Positions 49,666 to 60,761 of a stretch of DNA of 60,761 bases are shown one piece after another; position 1 is the stretch's first letter, and each line of letters starts with the position of its first letter. The position numbers and the translations under genes are program-made. This DNA is from Gammaproteobacteria bacterium. Its GTDB lineage: Bacteria; Pseudomonadota; Gammaproteobacteria; JACCYU01. The stretch is taken from positions 1 through 60,761 of the forward strand of contig JACCYU010000092.1 of assembly GCA_013696315.1 (NCBI GenBank), read 5' to 3'. Below the pieces are notes generated by a model that saw only the letters and a list, made by a program, of their open reading frames with translations, was not told the DNA's origin and ran no database searches.

Positions 49666-51921
49666 TCATAGCACCGTTTCCTCGGCAAACTCCAGCACCA
49701 GTTCACCTTCGCTCACGCTGACCCGCACTTCTCCGCCACGCATCAGCCGCCCGAACAGGATGTCCTCGGCGAGCGGTTTCTTGATGTGCTCCTGAATGAC
49801 ACGCGCCATGGGCCGCGCGCCCATCTTCGGATCGTAGCCACGTTTCGCGAGCCAGCTACGGGCTGCATCATCCACGATCAAACTGACCTTTTTCTCTTCT
49901 AGTTGCGCTTCCAGCTGGATGATGAACTTGTCCACCACGTTCGCGATGGTGCGCTGATCCAGCGACTTGAACTGGATGATCGCGTCAAGGCGATTGCGGA
50001 ATTCCGGCGTGAAACTGCGGCGCAGCACTTCCATGGCGTCGGACGAGTGATCCTGCGTGGTAAAGCCCACGCTCGGACGGCTGATCGCTTCCGCGCCGGC
50101 ATTGGTGGTCATCACAACGATAATATTGCGAAAATCCACCTTGCGTCCGTTGGTATCGGTCAAGGTACCGTGATCCATCACCTGCAACAGCAGATTGAAT
50201 ACATCTGGGTGCGCCTTCTCGATCTCGTCGAGCAGCAGCACCGCATGCGGCGACTTCAGCACTGAATCGGTGAGCAACCCGCCTTGATCGAAACCGACAT
50301 AGCCGGGCGGCGCACCGATCAGGCGCGACACCGTGTGGCGCTCCATGTACTCGGACATGTCGAAACGGATTAATTCGATACCCATGATCATCGCCAACTG
50401 CCGCGTGACTTCGGTCTTGCCCACACCAGTAGGTCCAGTGAACAGGAACGAGCCTATTGGTTTCTGCGTGTCTCCCAGCCCTGAGCGCGACATCTTGATG
50501 GCCGAGGACAACGACTCGATGGCGTCGTTCTGGCCGAACACAACAACTTTGAGGTTGCGCTCCAGGCTCTTGAGCGTTTCCACATCGGAGGCGGACACGC
50601 TTTTGGGCGGAATCCGCGCCATCTTGGCGATGATGTTTTCCACGTCGCGCACGGATACGGTTTTCTTGCGCGCGGACGCCGGCTTGAGGCGCAGGTGCGC
50701 GCCGGCCTCGTCGATCACGTCGATGGCCTTGTCGGGCAGATGGCGATCGTTGATATATCGCGACGCCAGATCGGCCGCCGCCTGCAGGGCCTTATCCGTG
50801 TAGCGAACTTCATGATGCTCTTCGAAGCGCGTCTTCAGGCCCTTCAGAATCCGATAGGTTTCATCCACCGACGGTTCGCTGATGTCGATTTTCTGGAAAC
50901 GCCGCGCCAGCGCGCGGTCTTTCTCGAACACGCCCCGGTATTCCTGATACGTAGTCGAACCGATACACTTCAGATCACCCGATGCGAGTACCGGTTTGAT
51001 GAGATTAGACGCATCCATCACGCCACCGGAAGCGGAACCGGCGCCGATGATGGTGTGAATCTCGTCGATAAACAAAATCGACCCGGGCTGGCGCTTGAGC
51101 TGCGCCAGTACCGCCTTGAGGCGCTTTTCGAAATCTCCGCGATACTTCGTGCCCGCCACGAGCGCGCCCAAATCAAGCGCGTAAATTGTGCTTTTCTCGA
51201 GAATTTCCGGTACTTCGCGGTCCACAATTCGCTTTGCGAGACCTTCTGCTATGGCGGTTTTGCCGACGCCTGCCTCACCCACGAACAACGGGTTGTTCTT
51301 GCGCCGACGACAGAGTATCTGCACGGTGCGTTCGATTTCGAAATCCCGACCGATAAGCGGGTCGATCTTGCCGCGACGCGCCATGTCATTGAGGTTGCTC
51401 GCAAAGCTTTCCAGCGGCTTCTTGCCGCCCGCCTCGTCGCCGCCCTCCTGCTCCAGACCCGCCCCGCTCTCTTCATCCTGCTCCTCGGGCACCTTCGAAA
51501 TCCCATGCGAGATGTAATTGACGACGTCCAGACGCGCGACGTCGTGCTGATTGAGCAGGAACACAGCGTGGGATTCCTGTTCGCCGAAAATCGCCACCAG
51601 CACGTTGGCGCCGTTGACCTCTTTCTTGCCGGACGACTGCACGTGAAACACGGCGCGTTGCAACACGCGATTAAAACCTAGGGTCGTCTGTGTATCGCGG
51701 GTGTCATTGACCGGCAGGAGCGGCGTGTTTTCCTCGATATATTCCGCCAGCTGTTTACTTAAGCTGACCAAATTGACCCCGCACGCGCGCAGCACGCCGA
51801 CGGCCGTTGGATTATCCAGTAGCGCCAGCAGCAGGTTCTCGACAGTCATGAATTCATGACGCCGCTCGCGCGCCAGCTTGAACGCCACGTTGAGAGTAAA
51901 TTCAAGTTCTTTGTTCAGCAT
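49666..51921 (-). CDS. clpA: ATP-dependent Clp protease ATP-binding subunit ClpA
   Basis: 751 aa with two AAA modules (GEAGVGKTA; GPTGVGKTE) and an N-terminal Clp_N repeat. Confidence 0.95.
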   Translation of the reverse strand: MLNKELEFTLNVAFKLARERRHEFMTVENLLLALLDNPTAVGVLRACGVNLVSLSKQLAEYIEENTPLLPVNDTRDTQTTLGFNRVLQRAVFHVQSSGKKEVNGANVLVAIFGEQESHAVFLLNQHDVARLDVVNYISHGISKVPEEQDEESGAGLEQEGGDEAGGKKPLESFASNLNDMARRGKIDPLIGRDFEIERTVQILCRRRKNNPLFVGEAGVGKTAIAEGLAKRIVDREVPEILEKSTIYALDLGALVAGTKYRGDFEKRLKAVLAQLKRQPGSILFIDEIHTIIGAGSASGGVMDASNLIKPVLASGDLKCIGSTTYQEYRGVFEKDRALARRFQKIDISEPSVDETYRILKGLKTRFEEHHEVRYTDKALQAAADLASRYINDRHLPDKAIDVIDEAGAHLRLKPASARKKTVSVRDVENIIAKMARIPPKSVSASDVETLKSLERNLKVVVFGQNDAIESLSSAIKMSRSGLGDTQKPIGSFLFTGPTGVGKTEVTRQLAMIMGIELIRFDMSEYMERHTVSRLIGAPPGYVGFDQGGLLTDSVLKSPHAVLLLDEIEKAHPDVFNLLLQVMDHGTLTDTNGRKVDFRNIIVVMTTNAGAEAISRPSVGFTTQDHSSDAMEVLRRSFTPEFRNRLDAIIQFKSLDQRTIANVVDKFIIQLEAQLEEKKVSLIVDDAARSWLAKRGYDPKMGARPMARVIQEHIKKPLAEDILFGRLMRGGEVRVSVSEGELVLEFAEETVL

Positions 51922-51947
51922 GATGCACCCGGGTTTAACATGTCAGA

Positions 51948-52271
51948 TCAGGCCTCCTCCATGGCACACAAAAGTGGATGCTGATTGGCGCGGGCGTAAT
52001 CGTTGACCTGCGCGACCTTGGTCTCCGCAATGTCGCGCGTGAACACCCCGCACACGCCTTTGCCGCTGGTATGCACGTGCAACATGATTCGCACCGCGGT
52101 CTCCGCGTCCAATTTGAAAAAACTTTCCAGCACATGCACGACAAATTCCATGGGGGTGTAATCATCGTTGATCAACACCACTTTGTAGAGCGGCGGTTTT
52201 TTGGTCCTGGGTCGCGTTTCCTCGACGGCCAGTTCGCCATTTTCACGCGATTTCCGTTCGTCGTCGTTCAT
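51948..52271 (-). CDS. clpS: ClpA adaptor protein ClpS
   Basis: 107 aa: [20 protein letters not shown] is typical of ClpS. Lies upstream of clpA. Confidence 0.9.
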   Translation of the reverse strand: MNDDERKSRENGELAVEETRPRTKKPPLYKVVLINDDYTPMEFVVHVLESFFKLDAETAVRIMLHVHTSGKGVCGVFTRDIAETKVAQVNDYARANQHPLLCAMEEA

Positions 52272-52592
52272 CTGGCATGAGTTCGTTTGCTACCTGAAAT
52301 TCGCTCAACCACATGAGATAGTATATACGCCCCGTATGGTGTCCGCATGACCGAAACATGGACTCCTCGGCCTTGCGCGATCAGTTTCGACCATGGCCAA
52401 TGAGAAAGTTTATGGTGGCATGGGCGGTCACCGATGGAAACAAACATACGCCTGGTGGCCTCATGGTCTAGAGCGCCAGTGGACACCTGAGATTGCGACG
52501 CGTCGCCCGCTTTTCAACCCATGTGTTCAACCCACAAGATCGAGGCGCAAGTCCGGCCACGGTGCGTTTTCCAATATGTTACATTTTCGCCC

Positions 52593-53039
52593 ATGGACTG
52601 GGCGCCTCATGTAACCGTCGCCGCGATTATCGAACGCGATGGCCAATTTCTGCTGGTTGACGAAGTCGTCGACGGCAACCGTGTGTTGAATCAGCCGGCC
52701 GGGCACCTCGATGAGGGTGAAACCCTTATCGACGCGGTGATCCGCGAAACCCTGGAGGAGACGGCCTGGCATTTCCGACCCAGCGCGCTGGTGGGCGTTT
52801 ATCGCTGGCGACAGCCGGGCGGTGGCCACACTTTTCTGCGTGTGGCTTTCAGCGGCGAAGTCACCGCGCACGATCCCGACCGCAAACTGGACGCGGGCAT
52901 AATAAAGAGCGTGTGGATGACGGCGTCACAGCTCGCAAGTGCTAAGCACCGCCTGCGCAGTCCGATGGTGTTGCGCTGCGTGGACGATTACCGTTCCGGC
53001 GCGCGTCACTCATTGTCTATCGTGTCCGACATCGTTTAG
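52593..53039 (+). CDS. NUDIX hydrolase
   Basis: From ATG 52593, with the Nudix box [21 protein letters not shown]. Confidence 0.8.
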   Translation: MDWAPHVTVAAIIERDGQFLLVDEVVDGNRVLNQPAGHLDEGETLIDAVIRETLEETAWHFRPSALVGVYRWRQPGGGHTFLRVAFSGEVTAHDPDRKLDAGIIKSVWMTASQLASAKHRLRSPMVLRCVDDYRSGARHSLSIVSDIV

Positions 53040-53041
53040 CC

Positions 53042-54238
53042 ATGCCCACGCATCGCAAGCCTCAGGTCATTGTCGGCATGTCCGGCGGAGTGGATTCGTC
53101 GGTGGCCGCGCTGCTGCTGTTACAGCAGGGTTATGCCGTCGAAGCCCTGTTTATGAAGAACTGGGAAGAGGACGATGCGAGTGGCCACTGTGTCGCCGCG
53201 CAAGACCTGGCAGATGCAACCGCGGTCTGCGAGCGGCTCGGTATCCGATTGCACCGGATTAATTTTTCGTTCGAATACTGGGAAAGAGTGTTCAGCCTGT
53301 GTCTGGACGAATTCCGTGCCGGTCGTACGCCCAATCCAGACGTGTTGTGCAATCGCGAAATCAAGTTCAAGGCGTTTCTGGAGCACGCGCAGGCGCTGGG
53401 CGCCGAAGTAGTTGCAACCGGCCACTACACGGGCATCGAAAAAACGGCTACCGGGCGGCATCTGGTCAAGGCGCGCGATGAGGCGAAAGACCAGACATAT
53501 TTTCTTTATATGCTGGGGCAGCGGCAGCTCGCTAGCGCGCTGTTTCCGCTCGCCAACCTGCGCAAGCGCGATGTCAGGGCGATCGCCGAGCAGGCCGGAC
53601 TCGTCACGCACGACAAGAAAGACAGCACCGGTTTGTGCTTTATCGGCGAGCGGCGTTTCGGCGAATTTCTGGCGCGCTTCCTGCCCGCGCAACCTGGCGA
53701 TGTGGTGGACACTGACGGGCGCACCCTCGGCGCGCACCAAGGGCTGATGTTCTACACGATAGGTCAGCGCCAGGGCTTAGGCATAGGCGGGCGGCGCGGG
53801 ACGCCCGAATCACCCTGGTACGTGGTGGAGAAACATCCTGAGACCAATCAGCTGATCGTCGCGCAAGGCCATGATCACGAGCGACTTTTCAGCAACACAC
53901 TAACGGCCAATCAAGTGCACTGGGTCGCTGACGCAGGGCCTGCTCTGCCGCTACGCTGTACGGCTAAAATCCGCTACCGGCAGCAGGATCAGACCTGTGT
54001 GCTGACCGGTGCACAAAATCACGTACAGGTGAGTTTCGAACAACCGCAGCGCGCGGTGACACCCGGCCAGTCCGTCGTATTCTACCGCGGTAATCGATGC
54101 CTCGGCGGCGGCATCATCGCGCAGCGATCGAACGCCGACTACCCGCGCTCGGCCCCCGCAGAGCGGCGTCGCGGCATAGCTGGCGAATCGCGAATCGGGC
54201 CGCTACCGCGGAGCGTTCTGATCACGGTAAGTGACTGA
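53042..54238 (+). CDS. mnmA: tRNA 2-thiouridine(34) synthase
   Basis: 398 aa with PP-loop [15 protein letters not shown], then [12 protein letters not shown] and ATGHY. Confidence 0.95.
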   Translation: MPTHRKPQVIVGMSGGVDSSVAALLLLQQGYAVEALFMKNWEEDDASGHCVAAQDLADATAVCERLGIRLHRINFSFEYWERVFSLCLDEFRAGRTPNPDVLCNREIKFKAFLEHAQALGAEVVATGHYTGIEKTATGRHLVKARDEAKDQTYFLYMLGQRQLASALFPLANLRKRDVRAIAEQAGLVTHDKKDSTGLCFIGERRFGEFLARFLPAQPGDVVDTDGRTLGAHQGLMFYTIGQRQGLGIGGRRGTPESPWYVVEKHPETNQLIVAQGHDHERLFSNTLTANQVHWVADAGPALPLRCTAKIRYRQQDQTCVLTGAQNHVQVSFEQPQRAVTPGQSVVFYRGNRCLGGGIIAQRSNADYPRSAPAERRRGIAGESRIGPLPRSVLITVSD

Positions 54239-54244
54239 ACCACG

Positions 54245-54856
54245 GTGAAGAATCGCTTAATCGCGTTGGCCGGCCTTTATCAGAGCGTGGATCTCGTCCA
54301 CCAGATCGCCTGGCACGGAAACGCCGAGCCGCGGCCTTTTGACGCCAGCGTCGGCAGTCTCTTCAAGCTCGACGCCCCGAACTATGCCGATGTTTACGGC
54401 GCACCCGAGGGCATCCGCTCCGGGCTGGCAGTGCTGCGCGCGCAACTGACCGAGATTGACAAAAAACCACAACTGGAGCGCACGCGGTACGTGGTGAATC
54501 TGCTTTCTTTGGAGAAGAAACTTTCTCGCGATGCGTCGATGACCGCCACACTGAGAGAGGGGCTGGAGCGGGCGCGCGAACAACTGGCGCATTTCGGGCC
54601 CACGCACATCAATGTAATCAGCCAGCTTGCGGACACCTATCAGCGATCGATCAGCCGGTTGCGGCCGCGTATTATCGTCAAGGGTGAGCAGTCGTATCTT
54701 GCGAATCCCGACAACGCCAGCCGCATTCGCGTGCTGCTGCTGGCCGGCATCCGCGCGGCCGTGCTGTGGCGGCAGGCCGGCGGCAACCGCTGGCGGATTG
54801 TGTTCGGGCGCAATGCGCTGCTTCGCGAACTGGAGTCGGCGAGCCCGCGTGCATGA
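54245..54856 (+). CDS. hflD: high-frequency-of-lysogenization protein HflD homologue
   Basis: 203 aa, GTG start, with ALAGLYQSVDLVHQIAW. Follows mnmA, the conserved mnmA-hflD arrangement. Confidence 0.8.
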   Translation: MKNRLIALAGLYQSVDLVHQIAWHGNAEPRPFDASVGSLFKLDAPNYADVYGAPEGIRSGLAVLRAQLTEIDKKPQLERTRYVVNLLSLEKKLSRDASMTATLREGLERAREQLAHFGPTHINVISQLADTYQRSISRLRPRIIVKGEQSYLANPDNASRIRVLLLAGIRAAVLWRQAGGNRWRIVFGRNALLRELESASPRA

Positions 54857-54982
54857 TTGTGATCTCCCATGAGTTATCTACTGTGAGCGTGAGCTACCAC
54901 AGGCGCGCGGATTTGAGGATAATGATGGGATACATCGGCTTGTTATTTCCTTACCGCAACGCGCGGACAACAACGAGAATCA

Positions 54983-57793
<2,811 letters not shown>

Positions 57794-57862
57794 CGTCATT
57801 GCCGCGGCACGCGCACTTACTGAACGAACGATGTTTCTCGAGAGTCGCGCGGCTGCTGTTGA

Positions 57863-59512
57863 TCAGGCGGGCTGTACCGCGGGCATCGATTTAACTGGAT
57901 TCCAGGCTGGATCCTGCAACTTGGCATCCAGCGCCTCGATAGGCAGCGGCGGGCACAAGAAATAGCCTTGCAGCGCGTCGCAGCCCCAGGCGGCCAGCAA
58001 CTCCAGGGATTCGCGGTTTTCGATGCCCTCGGCAGTCACCCAGTGGCCCAGATTGTGGGCCAGCACGATGGTGGAGCGGACGATTATCGCGTCGTTATGA
58101 TCGCGCGCCACGTTGACGATGAATGACCGATCGATCTTGATCTCACTCACCGGCAGTTTGCGCAGGTAAACCAGCGACGAATAACCGGTGCCGAAATCGT
58201 CGATCGAGAAACGCACGCCGAACTGCGAGAGCCGCCTTGCAGCCGCCAGCGCCGCGTCGGGATTCGACATGACGGCCGTTTCCGTAATCTCGAGTTTCAA
58301 TCGCTTCGGCGGCAGGCCGCGTTTGCGCACGCCTTCGGCAATGTGCTGAACCAGGTCTGGCTCCTGCAGATTGATGGCGGAGATATTGGTGGCAATCGGC
58401 ATGGCGTTGCCCACGCTATGCCATGCCGCCAGTTGGTCGAGCACCACTTCCAGCACCCACCGATTAACGATATTGATCAAACCATGCTCTTCGGCAAGCG
58501 CGATAAAGTCTTCGGGGTACAGCAAGCCAAGCCGTGGATGCGGCCATCGCACCAGGGCCTCGACGCCAGTGAGTCTGCCAGCCTTGGCGCCGAATTGCGG
58601 CTGGTAATGAACTACCAGAGCATGCTGCTCGATCGCCTGCCGCAGTTCGCCGAGTATGCCCAGCCGCTGACGGCCAGCGCTCTCCAGCGTCTGCTCGTAG
58701 ACCACAACGTCGGCCCCCCGGCGTTTGGCCTCGTACATCGATAGCTCGGCGTGTTTGATAAGTTCGTCGTGACCCGCGCCGTGCTCCGGATGATAAGCGA
58801 CGCCAATGCTCACGCCGACGTCGGCCGGATGACCTTCGACGGCCAGCGGCTTTTGCAGCACGGCGGCGACGTGCTGGCCAATTAGACGCGGATGCTCGGG
58901 ATCGACAATGGGATTGATCAGCACGGCAAACTCGTCACCGCCAAGCCGCGCCACCAGATCCGTGATGCGCAGCGATCGCTGCAGGCGCAATCCCGCCTCC
59001 TGCAGCACCGTGTCGCCGTAACGGTGACCCATGGTTTTGTTGATCAGCTTGAATCGATCCAGATCCATAACCAGCACCGCCAGCCGCCGCGGCGACGCGG
59101 TGTCAGCGATGGCGCGTTCGAGCTGACCCACGAAGAACTGACGATTGGGCAGATTCGTGAGCGGATCGTGCGTAGCGCGATGCTGCTCCAGTGCCGCGAG
59201 CCGCAGCATCTCGCGCATCATGCGCCGGGTGATGCGCGAGATAGCCCACACGAAGCAGCCGGCTCCGAATAACACAGCCGCCGCTGCCACCTCCATCAGC
59301 CCGATTTTCTGTTTGGCGACCGCAATGGCGAGCACCATATAACCGAGTATGCCGGTGACAAACGCGACGAGCAGCGCAGGCAACGCCAGCCACACGCGCG
59401 AGTGACCGCGCGCGTGCAGAACGATGTCGCGCACGGGGACGAGCGCGGCCGTCAGCATCGCGGCGCCCAGCGCCAGCAGCACGCAAGCCGCGATCGCGAC
59501 CAAGTCAAACAT
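57863..59512 (-). CDS. membrane-anchored GGDEF-EAL (diguanylate cyclase/phosphodiesterase) protein
   Basis: 549 aa with N-terminal TM helices, RLGGDEFAVL, EALVRW, and DDFGTGYSSL. Confidence 0.9.
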   Translation of the reverse strand: MFDLVAIAACVLLALGAAMLTAALVPVRDIVLHARGHSRVWLALPALLVAFVTGILGYMVLAIAVAKQKIGLMEVAAAAVLFGAGCFVWAISRITRRMMREMLRLAALEQHRATHDPLTNLPNRQFFVGQLERAIADTASPRRLAVLVMDLDRFKLINKTMGHRYGDTVLQEAGLRLQRSLRITDLVARLGGDEFAVLINPIVDPEHPRLIGQHVAAVLQKPLAVEGHPADVGVSIGVAYHPEHGAGHDELIKHAELSMYEAKRRGADVVVYEQTLESAGRQRLGILGELRQAIEQHALVVHYQPQFGAKAGRLTGVEALVRWPHPRLGLLYPEDFIALAEEHGLINIVNRWVLEVVLDQLAAWHSVGNAMPIATNISAINLQEPDLVQHIAEGVRKRGLPPKRLKLEITETAVMSNPDAALAAARRLSQFGVRFSIDDFGTGYSSLVYLRKLPVSEIKIDRSFIVNVARDHNDAIIVRSTIVLAHNLGHWVTAEGIENRESLELLAAWGCDALQGYFLCPPLPIEALDAKLQDPAWNPVKSMPAVQPA

Positions 59513-59521
59513 GGACGATTT

Positions 59522-60761
59522 TTATTCTCCGGCGCCGATCCCGCCGCGCGTCAACTGTTCGGGATTCAGCAGTCTGCGCAACTCGTCTTCCGACAGGTCG
59601 GTCTTTTCGCGCGCGACCTCGATGACCGGCCTACCTTGCGCGTATGCCAGCTTGGCAATTGCAGCACCCCGCTCGTAACCGATAACGCCATTCAGCGCGG
59701 TCACCAGAATCGGATTACGATCAATCGCCTGCTGAATGTTTTTGTCATTTACGGTGAAACCGGCGATGGCCTTTTCGCCCAGTGCCCGCGCGGCGCCGCT
59801 TAAAATTTCTACACTCTGCAACAGATTATAGGCGACCACCGGCAACATGACGTTGAGCTGGAAGTTGCCGGCCTGTCCGGCGATCGTCAGGGTCGTGTCG
59901 TTCCCAATCACTTGCGCGCACACCATCGCAACCGCCTCGGGAATCACCGGATTGACCTTGCCGGGCATGATGCTGCTGCCGGGCTGCAGCGGCGGCAGGG
60001 CGATCTCGCCCAGACCCGCCAGTGGCCCGGAATTCATCCAGCGCAGATCGTTGGCGATCTTCATTAAACTCACGGCCAGCGTTTTGAGCTGACCGCTGAC
60101 CTCCACTGCCGTGTCCTGGCTGCTTAAGCCCTCGAACAGATTTGGTTTTGGCTCGAACGCCACGCCGGTCTCGCGGGTCAGCTCGGCGGCGACGCGATTG
60201 CCGAGCTCGGGATGCGCGTTGATGCCGGTACCGACCGCCGTGCCGCCTTGCGCAAGCTGACGCAGCCGCGGCAGAGTCGATTCCAGCCGCGCCACGCCGA
60301 GTCTTACCTGCGCCGCCCACCCGCTCAATTCCTGATCCAGACGAACGGGCATGGCATCCATGAGATGCGTGCGCCCGGTTTTCACCACGCCTTTGACCTC
60401 ATTGCCTTTACGATCAATTGCCTCAGCAAGCGTGGCAAGTGCCGGCAGCAGGCGCTCGTGCAGCATCAGGCAGGCGCTCAGGTGAATCGCGGTGGGGATC
60501 ACGTCGTTCGAACTCTGGCTCATGTTGACGTGATCGTTCGGGTGCACGGTTGCGCCCAACCGTTGCGTCGCCAGTCGCGCGATCACCTCGTTGGCGTTCA
60601 TGTTGGTGCTGGTGCCCGACCCGGTCTGAAATACATCGACCGGGAACTGCCGGTCGAATTCGCCCGCGGCCACGGACCGCGCCGCTGCCGAGATCGCTTC
60701 CGCCATTTTGTCGTTCATCAGGCCCAGCTCGCAGTTCGCGTGCGCGCAGGCGGCCTTGATC
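59522..60761 (-). CDS. fumC: class II fumarate hydratase (N-terminus beyond right edge)
   Basis: QTGSGTSTNMNANEVIA, TGRTHLMDAMP, and the GSSIMPGKVNP signature. The reading frame stays open to the window end (..KAACAHANCELGLMNDK..). Confidence 0.9.
   Translation of the reverse strand, partial: IKAACAHANCELGLMNDKMAEAISAAARSVAAGEFDRQFPVDVFQTGSGTSTNMNANEVIARLATQRLGATVHPNDHVNMSQSSNDVIPTAIHLSACLMLHERLLPALATLAEAIDRKGNEVKGVVKTGRTHLMDAMPVRLDQELSGWAAQVRLGVARLESTLPRLRQLAQGGTAVGTGINAHPELGNRVAAELTRETGVAFEPKPNLFEGLSSQDTAVEVSGQLKTLAVSLMKIANDLRWMNSGPLAGLGEIALPPLQPGSSIMPGKVNPVIPEAVAMVCAQVIGNDTTLTIAGQAGNFQLNVMLPVVAYNLLQSVEILSGAARALGEKAIAGFTVNDKNIQQAIDRNPILVTALNGVIGYERGAAIAKLAYAQGRPVIEVAREKTDLSEDELRRLLNPEQLTRGGIGAGE

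Noticed and set aside
52430-52510. tRNA-like look of ggtggcctcatggtctagagcgccagtgg in the clpS-nudix spacer.
   Set aside because: I could not fold it into a cloverleaf. There is no acceptor-stem complement, no T-loop GTTCRA motif and no anticodon arm.

Overview
High-GC (about 60 % or more) proteobacterial chromosome segment. The fabD-fabG-acpP-fabF-pabC-mltG-tmk-holB-pilZ block has gammaproteobacterial-type synteny.

Left edge: divergent glgC (partial) and glgA, an untracked 52-aa Pmp3/YqaE proteolipid, a Gly-rich membrane protein, and a triply frameshifted ArsB/NhaD-type permease.

4.27-21.5 kb, minus strand: a complete type 1 BREX operon in canonical order brxA-brxB-brxC-pglX-pglZ-brxL, with cargo in two internal junctions.
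- Between brxC and pglX: hicB plus a wrecked hicA split by an 86-bp REP-like palindromic element.
- Between pglX and pglZ: a translationally coupled pair. One is a ~932-aa PHP-phosphoesterase / SMC-like ABC ATPase (Ppl/TrlF-like). The other is a 420-aa AlbA_2 (Schlafen-like) + HATPase_c_4 protein. This pair is the best candidate for an undescribed defence module.

As sequenced the island is mutationally crippled: brxC has 1 frameshift, pglX has 3, and the PHP-ATPase has 1. pglX also carries a ~1-kb AT-richer block where its target-recognition region is expected.

Right of the island is core metabolism:
- a TetR regulator with an in-frame TGA, then an RND pump (adaptor + permease, no outer-membrane factor)
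- hemP with a Fur box, bioA, a class V aminotransferase, and a YiiX-like protein
- thiolase and a fadB-like gene, then a sulfotransferase
- lpd-sucB-sucA
- pilZ (in-frame TAA)-holB-tmk-mltG-pabC-fabF-acpP-fabG-fabD
- infA, clpA-clpS, nudix, mnmA, hflD, acnA, a GGDEF-EAL protein, and fumC (partial)

No rRNA, tRNA, CRISPR array, integrase or transposase was recognised. All domain and family calls come from reading the translations by eye; no database search was run.
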